The notes under the pieces are model-generated. The model worked only from the letters and a program-made list of their open reading frames with translations. It was not told the DNA's origin and ran no database searches. The position numbers and the translations under genes were made by a program. From assembly GCA_034226945.1 (NCBI GenBank), contig CP120460.1:434001-498000 (forward strand): a stretch of DNA of 64,000 nt, read 5' to 3'. Positions 9,625-20,146 of the stretch are shown here, one piece after another (the first letter of the stretch is position 1; every line of letters starts with the position of its first letter). This DNA is from Picochlorum sp. SENEW3 (Eukaryota).

Positions 9625-11913
9625 TCAGCTTTGGACCGCAAGCTTCTTGAGGTGCTCCGTGAAGACTTGTAAACTGACATCATCCGTCATGATGACTTCA
9701 CTGCTTACTGCTGCAGTTGAGTTGTATGTTGCCGATGGGTTCAATTTGGCCAACAAGAATCGAGCCTGACTTCCATTCTGATCACAGTCAGTGAAACGAG
9801 GAGTTGGGAAACGCCTGCGAATAATGGAACTTGCTTCACTCTGTGGGGCATCCAGAAGCGATTTGAATGCCGCATGCTCTGGCTGATTTTGATACCCTGC
9901 CTTTCTCCATTGTGCTACTGTGGAACCATGGAACACCACAACATAGAAATATGCATCCAGAAGCAAGATACGATCTGGCGTGACAGACGTGACGTCCAAA
10001 AGTACTGGCTCTGGTGCCTGAGAGTTGAATGAATAGGCATACAGGACTGGCTGAAGCATGAGGGTTGCCTCTGATACCACCTCCCTATTCAGCATAATCC
10101 TGGAATACGCTGTCTCATCAGGAGACTGGCCGAACACCTGAACAAACGGCGAGCGCCTAAAGTGGAACATAAATTGCGGATAGTAGGCCAACTGAGGCTG
10201 CAGTTGGAAAGATTCTGGTTCATCCTTTCTGTAATCACCAAACCTGGATGCAAGGCGGATCAGCGATCTATCCAACCATCGGGTCGCATCAAAGTCTTCT
10301 TCGACTTCCATTTTATACGACGCAAGCCTCGCAACAAGTACAGCAGCGCATTCCTGGTCGAATCCTTGGATCAAGTCTCCCACATGTGACCCATCAACCC
10401 ATCGACGGGTGACCGTGGTCACTCGACACCTCATACTGCCATTCTCGTGCAGGTACCTTGTGACAAATTGCAAAAAGAATTGGTTCTGAGCCATCGAATC
10501 ACTGCTACTATGTGGAGCGACAATGTCAAACACTACTGCCATGGACGTTCCTGGCTCCAGACTACACAGTTTCCATGTGGTGGTTCCACCCAGCCCCACC
10601 ACAGTATCACTGATCAACGAGCTCTTCTTCTCTACGCCGGATGCTGGTCCCAACGCACCACATATTTTTACATCCTTGGAGCAAAATGCTTCCATGGTGG
10701 CATTTGAATGCATACTGAGATGCTCATCTTCACCAGGAGGAATGAACATTCTCTTGAGCGACTGCTTGAACACTGGATTGGTGAATGTATCGGTCTGAAT
10801 TGTAATTCCACCGGTCGCTTCTACGGCAGTTTTCATTTCTGCAAGTCCAACCTGATCTAAAGCACAGGCATACACATCCAAGGTGTGCCCTTGCATCACC
10901 AGCTGAGTTGCAATCCCATCATAATATGCCTTGGCCTTTCTATAATGATGAGCAGAGTCTTTTGCCAAATCCTTGTGCGATCGAATAGGCTCTGTCAAGT
11001 CCTTATCTACTACTTTACCGCTTCCTTCAGTACATGGTCCTCCCAACATGAGCAACATGCGAGCAGCAGCTCCTCCATTCGGCAAACTACCACCCATGAG
11101 TGCTGTGGCCACCTGCAATGCAGTTCCTGTGCACCTCGAAGGCCTTTGCCCAGCCACCGCAGGGAAAGCATCACATTGCAAATCTTCTAGGGCTGCTGAC
11201 AAAACAAATTCGCACTCGCCGATGGGCATCAGGAATGATCCCTTCTTCCCTTGCACCTGACCAGCATGCCCTGGATGCTGCTGCTGCCGAGCATGGAGCA
11301 GACCCAACTGCTCCTGAATAGCTCCAGGAGTGTATTCTTTGCTTCCTTTAAACACATATGTCTTTGGAAATTCTTGGAAACCGAGCTCATGCACATACAC
11401 ATGGGTTCCAAAGGTGACCAAACCGACCAGTGCATACTCTGGAATCATGGTCATGGCCTGTGCAACGGCAGTTGTACACGCTTTCAACTCATCCTCTGCA
11501 ACACATGTATCGATAATAAACAAGTACGCAGGAGGAGACACAGCCCCGGGCCTTGGCAAGCTGTACTCAATCGTGCTACACTGAGGGAAAAGTTCAGCTG
11601 GAACAGATGCCTCGGAAATTCCCTGATAATGCGCAGGAAAGTGATTGCGAGCCATACAGAAAGGGCACGTCCACACTTTACTCGCAAAATCCACCATGGC
11701 ATATGGATTCAGGATCCCACCACACGACTTGCACGGCACAGGGTCGTACTCAACAACCTGCAAATTCGCAGTCTCCTTGGCTGGAGTCACCACAACACCA
11801 AAGGGCACCACGCACTTGGCAGCCTCAAGCCGACTCCTAGGCCACACATTCCACACCATACGAACCCCATCAACCTCCTCTAATTCTAAAAATTCGTTCC
11901 CGTATGATCCCAT
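9625..11913 (-). CDS. SEC23: COPII coat subunit Sec23, 762 aa
   Basis: DGVRMVWNVWP, zinc finger CKSC...CPFC, RCTGTAL, PIRSHKDL, GSQARFLLAKLNPS, TDDVSLQVF. Confidence 0.97.
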   Translation of the reverse strand: MGSYGNEFLELEEVDGVRMVWNVWPRSRLEAAKCVVPFGVVVTPAKETANLQVVEYDPVPCKSCGGILNPYAMVDFASKVWTCPFCMARNHFPAHYQGISEASVPAELFPQCSTIEYSLPRPGAVSPPAYLFIIDTCVAEDELKACTTAVAQAMTMIPEYALVGLVTFGTHVYVHELGFQEFPKTYVFKGSKEYTPGAIQEQLGLLHARQQQHPGHAGQVQGKKGSFLMPIGECEFVLSAALEDLQCDAFPAVAGQRPSRCTGTALQVATALMGGSLPNGGAAARMLLMLGGPCTEGSGKVVDKDLTEPIRSHKDLAKDSAHHYRKAKAYYDGIATQLVMQGHTLDVYACALDQVGLAEMKTAVEATGGITIQTDTFTNPVFKQSLKRMFIPPGEDEHLSMHSNATMEAFCSKDVKICGALGPASGVEKKSSLISDTVVGLGGTTTWKLCSLEPGTSMAVVFDIVAPHSSSDSMAQNQFFLQFVTRYLHENGSMRCRVTTVTRRWVDGSHVGDLIQGFDQECAAVLVARLASYKMEVEEDFDATRWLDRSLIRLASRFGDYRKDEPESFQLQPQLAYYPQFMFHFRRSPFVQVFGQSPDETAYSRIMLNREVVSEATLMLQPVLYAYSFNSQAPEPVLLDVTSVTPDRILLLDAYFYVVVFHGSTVAQWRKAGYQNQPEHAAFKSLLDAPQSEASSIIRRRFPTPRFTDCDQNGSQARFLLAKLNPSATYNSTAAVSSEVIMTDDVSLQVFTEHLKKLAVQS

Positions 11914-13339
11914 GACGATACTATCACGTTCGTGGTGGTACTAGCAACAACGAACAGCAACAGAATACGAGGACGACGCGTCTCGCCACAATCCACCCAC
12001 AGTAGATCAAAATAGCACTATATAATACAAATGTATTCCTTCTGCTAGCACGTATTCCTGTGTAGAGTCTCCAAAACTCGGTGTGATCGATCAGCAGCGG
12101 CAACAACGACTACTTCATTGCCTTTTCTGGCGATGTTATGGCAACGACTGTCCCACACGAATCCTTGTAGTCGGTTTTATGGGATACTTGATATATCTAG
12201 TCTCGATATGTGCCGTTCAGGACTCGAGTATCTGAAGAACACAAACAACCACGCCTCAAGTTCCACCTCTTCCCATGGAATGCCTTGTTTCATAGGATTG
12301 ACCCATCGCTGCACGGTGACTAAGAAGATACATGTAGATTGCCCATCGACATGCAGCCACAACCGGACACATCCAACATCATCCCGCCTCATCCTTTCCT
12401 TCGACTAAAAGGCCATGTCGACCGATCACATCGGCATGGATCCATCGACCATCGAGATGACGTCCCTGGATCGACGATGACCGGTGGGTGTTTGAAACGG
12501 TACCAAAAGTGACAGCGACATTATTTTAATTACAATCGTGTAATATATCGACAAACGTACGTTGAATATATGTTTCTCATGCATGATATTCCATCGCCGA
12601 TGGGTCGGGGGTGGCGTCAACTGTGATTGTGATTCCTTGCTGCTGCCACGTTCATGGTTGTCGCGTCAGTCTTCTATTTTGCCAGTTGTGTTCATTTGGG
12701 TGTTGCTTTCTCCATTTCATATGTTTTTCTGTGGCGTCATGTGTGTTTGGGGCATTCGTCGATGGTGGTCCTGATTCGATGGCGAGGTGTCTGTCTGTCA
12801 CAGGGCGATTCGTCGGAGTGTGACGTGTAGCCCATATGACGATGTATTCTATATATTTTTGTTCCGTTATGTGAACTAGTGTGTGTGGTTGCGTTTATAT
12901 CGTACGTTTGGGGTGGGGCTGTGGTGGCCAAGGTCCTGGTTTGGTTGCTCAGCATCGGCAGGGAAAAGGGCGCCTTTTGACAGGCGTGTCAGGGCAATGT
13001 TCCACAGGGCACTGATGGGGTGGGAGGGGTTTGGGTGGACACGAGGCACGATGCCTTCCGAGTGCCTTCATGTATTAATATACATGTATTTTATATTCTG
13101 GTCTAGCAGCAAGACATGCTGGAGTAGCGTATTATGCCATGGGAGTGTTGTGCCATTGGAATGACTCGTTTGAATTTCCTTGTGTAGGGTGTTGGAACAC
13201 ATCAGCCTGATACGCGTCGACAAGCGGAATCACACGTGCCCTTTTGATTCGATATGAAGACAAAGTGCGCAGTACTATAAGCAGCAGAGAGACAAGTTGA
13301 TTGCGATACCATCGATCCTGTTGTACGTTGAAGGACACA

Positions 13340-16300
13340 ATGGATGAGAAACGGGAAAAGTTGACGACGAACGACGCTCTGAGTTATCTCAGAGAAGTCA
13401 AAAGTCGCTTTGCAAATAATAGAAAAGTGTATGATAATTTCTTGGAGATCATGAAGCAGTTCAAAGCTCAGACAATTGATACTGCTGGGGTGATTAAAAA
13501 GGTGAAGAATCTCTTCTATGGGCATTCGGAATTGATTCTTGGGTTCAACACATTTTTGCCCAAAGGATATGAAATCAAGCTGGAAGATTTACCAAACTGG
13601 CCGCCACCGCAAAAGTCGCCTGTGGAATTTGATCAGGCCATCACGTATGTGAACAGAATCAAGCAAACCTTTGCAAATGATGAACGGGTGTACAAGGCAT
13701 TTTTGGAGATTTTGAACCAGTACAGGAAGGGTTTGAAGACTATTCAGAGTGTGTATGAAGAGGTTGCCCTCTTGTTCAGACATCACGAGGATTTGTTGAA
13801 TGAGTTTTCGTACTTTTTGCCAGATGCTGCCCCAGCACAGGCGCGGCGACAGACAGCGGCGCCTCGCAGAGCTGGTGGTGCCTATGGAGCGGCGGCAGGC
13901 AAACCAAAGCGTGCGCCTCCTCCATTGCGACGGGATGATCCAAAAGTTCAACGAGAGTTTGCATTTTTACACAAGGTGAAGAATAGGATCAGGAATGATG
14001 TGTCGTACAGTGACTTTTTGAAATGCCTCAGCCTCTATGCTGATGATGTTGTGACACGGGATGAATTGGTGACGTTGCAAAAAGATATCATCGGAAAGCA
14101 TCCAGATTTGTTGGCTGCTTTGAATGAATTTTTATTGCGATCAGAGCTGGGGCCAGATGATCCATATTCGAGACCATACCAGGCACGAGATAGATCTCGT
14201 CATGCCAATCTGACGCACAAGTATCTCTCGATGCCCATCTCGGAGCTTGAGGTTGGCAACTGGGAGAGGATAACGCCATCATATGTGCAGTTGCCATCGT
14301 CGTACCCAAAACTCAGGACAACTGGCCGTGATCCTGCAATGGCTGCATTGATGAACGATGACTGGGTTTCAGTCACCTCTGGATCTGAAGATTACAACTT
14401 CAAGCATTACAGGAAGAATCAATACGAAGACTTTTTGTTTATGGCAGAGGATGATCATTTCGAACTGGATATGATTATGAATCAGAATGCATCTGCCATC
14501 AAGGCCATGAAACCTTTGGTGGAGCAGATTTCAGAGCTTCCAGAGGATGCCAAAGCATCATGGCAGTTGCCTGAAGGAGCATTGCGGGCCTTTCATTACA
14601 GAGCTGTCCATCGGGTATATGGAGAGGGTGCACAGCAAATGCTTGCGCTGTTGAGGCAGAATCCTGCTGTGGCTGTACCGACAATTCTCCCTCGTCTGGA
14701 ACAAAAAGCCCTGGAGTGGTCCGAGACGAAGAAGGAGATGATGGCCCACTGGCAGGCGATTTTCAAGGAAAATTACAAAAAGTCGCTGGATCATCGCTCA
14801 TTCTACTTCAAGCAGTCGGAGAAGAAGACTCTTACACCAAAATTGCTGTTCACAGAGCTCAAGGATATTTCTGACAAGAAGAAGAATGAAAAGGTGTCAA
14901 TTTTGATGAGCCTTGCTGGGCGTGTGGACTTTGCCTCTCGAGTTACACCTCACATCACGTCAGACTTTTCTGACCGTCAGGTGGCTGAGGACACGAATCG
15001 CATCGTTCAGTCAGCGATCGACAACATGTTGACCATAGACGCATCAAAGCGGGTCAGACATTTCTACCACAACTTTTTCGAGACCTTTTTCGAGCTGAAA
15101 TGTATCTGCATGGAAGCTGAACAAAAGCGCATGGAGGATGGAGGAGGTGATGCACCACCTCCAGGAACAACCCCACGAGCAGCACGAGCAGCTGCTCCAG
15201 ATACAGAAGCATCCACAGATATGGATGCTGCTGCCGCGACTGGAGAGGATGAAGAGACTCAAGTGAATGAAAAGGACGACAAAGAACACGTAACGGATGT
15301 AGAGAGTGGCGACGTCAAAGACAGGGCTGATGACGTGACAGATGCTGAGAATTCTGAAGAGGATGAAGCAGCAGAAGCTCAGTTTGCTGGGTGCCGTCCA
15401 GTTGCCCCACTGGTGTCTGGAAAAGACAAGAGACCTCGTCAAGGCCATTGCAGAATCTTCTATGGAAACGAATCCTTGTTTGTCTTGCTGAGACTGCATC
15501 AGATTTTGTTTGATAGAATGAAGACTGCTCGCCAGTGCGCTGCTGCTCAGTGCGAAAAGGAGGGGGATGCCAGAGCAATGCATGATACATTTATGGGAAT
15601 GGCAGAGTCACTCATTCAAGGCAATACTGACCCTTCAACCTACGAAGACGATTGCAGGGCTCTTCTTGGCACAAATAGCTACCAACTCTTCACATTGGAC
15701 AAACTGGTGCAAAAGCTTGTCCGACAAGCGCTCACCTGCCTGACAGAGGACCAAACCCATCGATTGATAGATTTATGGAAGTATGAAAACTCCCGTAGTG
15801 TTCCTGTGGTTGATAGCGTGTATTATGCAAACACGAGAGTCATTCATGGTGATGAACCAACAGTGAGATTTGAGTTCACTGAAGATCATCAGCTGACATT
15901 CCAGTACTTGGAAGGCGACAAATCAGAAGTTCCTCCCGTTGTAGATTCTAGATTTAGAGGATATATTGAGGAGTACATAGCGACAGACGAAGCTGGACAG
16001 ATGGCTGGCACGTGTGTGGCAACCGAGTATGCAGAGACAGACGAAGGCCCAGAGAGAGTCCCAGTCTGCCTGAAGAGAAACCTCGATCAAATTGGCATCA
16101 AAGATTCATCTGATGCTGACACAATGTCATCAGACTTTATCCGAAGCAGCATCATCTCAAGGAACGGTCTGGAATGCAAACTTGGCACAACATTAGCCCG
16201 GAAAACAAGGAAAATTGCCTATGTTCTCGGTACTGAAGATTTCCTCCTGCGAAAACGACAAAAATTGGACGAGAAGAAGACCAAGACCATCAATGAGGCA

Positions 16301-16576
16301 AAGTCCAAAAAGTTCAATGCGTGGATTGAAAGGGAATCAGCAATCATCCGGGCATCCCCTCAAAAGCCCCCTGTGTCAGCTGATGGTGCACATGAAGAAG
16401 AAGAAGAGGAGGAGGAGGAGAGAAATCCCATGCAAGAGATACCCAGGCAACAGGCAGACGATATAGGAAATCAACTCTACCCCCCTGGGACCACCCCCAT
16501 GTTTGATCATTTGCTCTCTGCTGCAGACGATGCTGGACCAGACCAACCCATGCGGGATGCAGCAGCAGAGGAATAA
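13340..16576 (+). CDS. SIN3: SIN3-like paired amphipathic helix corepressor
   Basis: PAH repeats (DALSYLREVK, LILGFNTFLP, EFDQAITYVNRIK), HID region (NDDWVSVTSGSEDYNFKHYRKNQYE, KSLDHRSFYFKQ), C-terminal YEDDCRALLGTNSYQLFTLDKL. Confidence 0.95.
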   Translation: MDEKREKLTTNDALSYLREVKSRFANNRKVYDNFLEIMKQFKAQTIDTAGVIKKVKNLFYGHSELILGFNTFLPKGYEIKLEDLPNWPPPQKSPVEFDQAITYVNRIKQTFANDERVYKAFLEILNQYRKGLKTIQSVYEEVALLFRHHEDLLNEFSYFLPDAAPAQARRQTAAPRRAGGAYGAAAGKPKRAPPPLRRDDPKVQREFAFLHKVKNRIRNDVSYSDFLKCLSLYADDVVTRDELVTLQKDIIGKHPDLLAALNEFLLRSELGPDDPYSRPYQARDRSRHANLTHKYLSMPISELEVGNWERITPSYVQLPSSYPKLRTTGRDPAMAALMNDDWVSVTSGSEDYNFKHYRKNQYEDFLFMAEDDHFELDMIMNQNASAIKAMKPLVEQISELPEDAKASWQLPEGALRAFHYRAVHRVYGEGAQQMLALLRQNPAVAVPTILPRLEQKALEWSETKKEMMAHWQAIFKENYKKSLDHRSFYFKQSEKKTLTPKLLFTELKDISDKKKNEKVSILMSLAGRVDFASRVTPHITSDFSDRQVAEDTNRIVQSAIDNMLTIDASKRVRHFYHNFFETFFELKCICMEAEQKRMEDGGGDAPPPGTTPRAARAAAPDTEASTDMDAAAATGEDEETQVNEKDDKEHVTDVESGDVKDRADDVTDAENSEEDEAAEAQFAGCRPVAPLVSGKDKRPRQGHCRIFYGNESLFVLLRLHQILFDRMKTARQCAAAQCEKEGDARAMHDTFMGMAESLIQGNTDPSTYEDDCRALLGTNSYQLFTLDKLVQKLVRQALTCLTEDQTHRLIDLWKYENSRSVPVVDSVYYANTRVIHGDEPTVRFEFTEDHQLTFQYLEGDKSEVPPVVDSRFRGYIEEYIATDEAGQMAGTCVATEYAETDEGPERVPVCLKRNLDQIGIKDSSDADTMSSDFIRSSIISRNGLECKLGTTLARKTRKIAYVLGTEDFLLRKRQKLDEKKTKTINEAKSKKFNAWIERESAIIRASPQKPPVSADGAHEEEEEEEEERNPMQEIPRQQADDIGNQLYPPGTTPMFDHLLSAADDAGPDQPMRDAAAEE

Positions 16577-16887
16577 TAACACCCATGTATCATTATAGTT
16601 TTGTGCTGCTGTAAATACCACTACTACTACTATACACCATATATATGCATATACCAGAGATTCTTTGTCCCTAACACACATGTGCGCATGCATGACACGT
16701 CTTGTTCTTCTTCTTCTTCTTCCTTTGGGGAAGTGAGTGTAAGAGATCTCTGGCATCCCAAACAAACAACCGGTCAGACCAAAGCCCGCATGGGACAACA
16801 CCAACTCTTACAAGGTCGTCCAACCAACAACAACCAACCCCACCTTCAGCACTCCAACAAAATATAAAAAACCAAATCATTCCAACC

Positions 16888-17446
16888 ATGGTTGAAGAAC
16901 AACAACTCACAACCGCCCAGGTATGCCCATGTATCACCAACCAAGACGGATTCCGTTGGTACTGATGACCCTTGAATCACATCCCTGCCCTTTCCACTCA
17001 CTCGCATCCACATATACCTGCAGGAAAAAGAATACAAAGAAGCCTTTGCGCTCTTTGACTCGGATGGAGATGGGACAATCACAACCAAGGAACTCGGCGT
17101 CGTGATGCGATCCCTCGGCCAAACACCAACCGAAGCAGAACTCAAGGATATGATTGCTGAAGTTGATGCGAACAAGGACGGAACCATTGATTTTAAGGAA
17201 TTCTTAGGTCTCATGTCGAGACAAAGCAAGGGACGAGATTCTCAGGAAGAGTTGAGAGAAGCGTTCAAAGTCTTTGACAAGGACGGCAATGGATACATCT
17301 CTGCAGCCGAGCTTCGTCATGTGATGACCAGTTTGGGAGAGAAGTTGACTGATGAGGAGGTGGATGCCATGATGAAGGAGGCCGATGCTGATGGGGATGG
17401 TCAGGTTGATATTGAAGAGTTTACAAAAATGATGTGCAAGAGGTGA
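16888..17446 (+). CDS. CAM: Calmodulin / calmodulin-like, 2 exons (16888-16920, 17024-17446), 151 aa
   Basis: Four EF-hands [48 protein letters not shown]; phase-0 intron GTATGC...CAG. Confidence 0.9.
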
Positions 17447-17904
17447 TTGTTGTTGATTCTTGTTGGTATAGCAGCAGCATGCATATCATCTTGATGTGAT
17501 TTTCTATCCTGTACATGCATTGAGAATGGTGTAATATCTATTCGACATTCTCCCTCTCGCGAGAGGCGATATATATGTATACACACAAGGGAAGGAAAGA
17601 TTTGCCTTCAACAACAACAAGGATTTTGAAGGTAGGAGTCCCCTGTCAACGGGGATGGTTGATGGGCAGCACCCACCTGTCGTGAGGCTGTGGGTTTCAA
17701 ACAGCGCAGAATGGAGATTTGTTTAGCGATGAGCGCTGTTATTAAGTACGTACTAGTATTCTGCTATAATAATATACCAGTATTAAATTCTATATACAGA
17801 AGGGATATTAGTAGTAATAAAATCAAGCAGGAGGAGTAGAACACCGCTGCTTTTTTTTCGCTCTCCTCTCAACACACAAGAAAAAGAAAAGAAGAGCACC
17901 TCAC

Positions 17905-18458
17905 ATGGTGAACCCGTGGTTGGTGGGTATTGTCCCAGCCTTGGGAGTCGTGACAGCCATCCGGGCAGTGACTCACCGCGGTGGGTCTTCTCGACGACGT
18001 TCATTATCTTCTAGTTCTTCATCATACATGCATGGGGATGGGATCATGGATGGGTACGTGCAATTGTCTCTCCTTCACACAAAAAAGACAAGGACTCTAT
18101 TGAAAGAAAAAAAGGAAGAAGAAGAAGCAATACGATAGGGATGTCAGAGAGATGTACATACGTATGAGACAATGATGATGATGTATATGTATATATATGC
18201 AGAGAGGGTGGCACAGATCCCAATTTCATATGTGAACGTGTGTGCACATCAAACAGACTGATGCGGCGAATGGGTGGCCTTGCCAAGGACATCACACCCC
18301 ATACATGTGTGACTGTGTGTGGCGTATCAGCGTTGGATGCGTGTACAGAAGCCTGCCAACAAGCAGTGTGTACCAGTATGCATCAGGTTCCTGCCTGGAA
18401 TGAGGCATGTATCAGTCGTTGTAGTACAGAATGCCAGAGGGGGCGGGGTCAGAGATGA
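17905..18458 (+). CDS. Green-lineage Cys-rich protein (At5g64816-like), 2 exons (17905-18053, 18203-18458), 134 aa
   Basis: Spliced product reads FICERVCTSNRLMRRMGGLAKDITPHTCVTVCGVSALDACTEACQQAVC..HQVPAWNEACISRCSTEC, matching my recollection of the plant family. Confidence 0.75.
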
Positions 18459-18558
18459 TATCTATTATTAGTATTGTAATAGTATTTTAACGAATGCGGG
18501 TGGATTGAAAGATCAAAGGTTTGCCTATTGAGATTACTTGACACGTGACGAGGCTCAG

Positions 18559-19884
18559 ATGGGATTTCAGAAAAAGACTCGTGTTTTGGTGGTGGGTGCT
18601 GGGATGGCAGGGGCTGGGGCTGCCATGTACTGTTCTATGGCGATGGATGGGAAGAAGGAAGATATTGCGAATGTGACGCTGATTGATGGGGCGCCTTACC
18701 CAGCGAATGATGTGGCATCATCTGCTGGGGATTCTCGGATGTATCGTAAGATGTACAGCGATCCTTTCTATGCGAAGATGCAAGAGTTTGCTTTAGAGAA
18801 GAATTGGCGTGAGTTGGAGGCGATGTGTGGGGAGCAGTTGTTGGTGGCGAATGGGCTGTTGTTTTATGGAGAGGAGACTGGGGAGACGGTAGAGGGGAGT
18901 GTGTTGGGGGCGAAGAAGACGATGGAGGAGCTTGGGATTCCGTTTGAATCGTTTCCTAGTGGAAAGGATATTGATGCGCGATGGGCGGGGGTGCGTGCTG
19001 GGGATAAGCCTAGATATGAAGGGGTGTTTGAGCATACAGCTGGGCATGCCAGGGCTGCTCCGACCTGCAATGCGATGGTGCGGGTGGCTCGAGCGCATGG
19101 GTGTGAGGTGATGTATTATGATGGGTTGAAGCATTTGAAAAAGGTTGGGAATGATGGGTTTGTGTGGGAAGCTACAACAGAGCGTGGGAATGTGTATCAT
19201 GCTCAAAAGGTGATTTTGTGCTTGGGTGGGTGGACGAGGGAGTTTTTCAATCGGGAGCTGGGGTTGGATGTGAATCTGGATATTTGGAGGGTTCATTATA
19301 CGCATTATGAGGTGGATAAGGGTATCGCTGCTCAAGGAGGGTATCCGCAGATGTTTTGCTTTCGAAAGGAGCGGGATGGTGGGAACGATGGAGGGTTGTA
19401 TTATGCGTTTTCTCCGAATGCGACAGAGACGGCGCCTGATATGATTGGTCCCGGAGGAAAATCAAATCCACAGATCAAGGTTGGTGTGGATTTTAAGACG
19501 TTGAAGGAGAGGGATACGCCCCAGACAATGGCACAGTTTGATTATACGCCATCGGAGGATGTGTTGGCCATGATTGATGATTGGGTACGGAATAATATGA
19601 ATGGGATTGGGAGGAGGACATCGACATATGTCGCTCCGTATTCTATGACGCGAGATCCGTACTTTTTGTTGGACTGCTTGCCTGGGGATATGAAGGATGT
19701 GGTGGTGTTTGCTGGAGGGAGCGGTCGCGCATTCAAGTTTGGACCGTTGCTTGGAGAATGCTTGGCGAGATTGGCGCTTGAACAGGAGACACCGATTGAT
19801 GTGTCAAATTTCAGGATCACGCGTGAGACGATGGGGTTGAGGAAGATTGGGCAGCCAGCACTGCCACAGACTGCAAAAATGTAG
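18559..19884 (+). CDS. FAD-dependent oxidoreductase, sarcosine oxidase/PIPOX (DAO) family
   Basis: VLVVGAGMAG Rossmann motif, SSAGDSRMYR, C-terminal GGSGRAFKFGPLLG. Confidence 0.85.
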   Translation: MGFQKKTRVLVVGAGMAGAGAAMYCSMAMDGKKEDIANVTLIDGAPYPANDVASSAGDSRMYRKMYSDPFYAKMQEFALEKNWRELEAMCGEQLLVANGLLFYGEETGETVEGSVLGAKKTMEELGIPFESFPSGKDIDARWAGVRAGDKPRYEGVFEHTAGHARAAPTCNAMVRVARAHGCEVMYYDGLKHLKKVGNDGFVWEATTERGNVYHAQKVILCLGGWTREFFNRELGLDVNLDIWRVHYTHYEVDKGIAAQGGYPQMFCFRKERDGGNDGGLYYAFSPNATETAPDMIGPGGKSNPQIKVGVDFKTLKERDTPQTMAQFDYTPSEDVLAMIDDWVRNNMNGIGRRTSTYVAPYSMTRDPYFLLDCLPGDMKDVVVFAGGSGRAFKFGPLLGECLARLALEQETPIDVSNFRITRETMGLRKIGQPALPQTAKM

Positions 19885-20146
19885 CATCATTGTTGTGTTG
19901 GAATAAATCAAGGAATAATGATAATAACACATGCAGCAGAGGCTCTCACTCTCCCTGCATTGTTGGAGAATATATATACTCTGATCATGCCTAATGTGTG
20001 ACTGCAAGAAATAAATCATGCCATGAATCATTCTAGATTGTTTATTCATGTCTTGTGTAACACAAATGCATTCTATGACTATATATAGATTCATGTATTG
20101 ACAACTGTCAAACAGTACATATATATATATATATACGAAATATGTT

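Noticed and set aside
12118..13164. Several 60-96 aa ORFs between SEC23 and SIN3
   Set aside because: No recognisable motifs and a composition typical of non-coding leader DNA; best read as promoter or 5' UTR.
17677..17686. CTGTCGTGAG match to the 5' region of U11 snRNA
   Set aside because: Only a 10-mer; there is no AAAAAGGG 5' end or Sm site, and chlorophytes are generally reported to lack the minor spliceosome.
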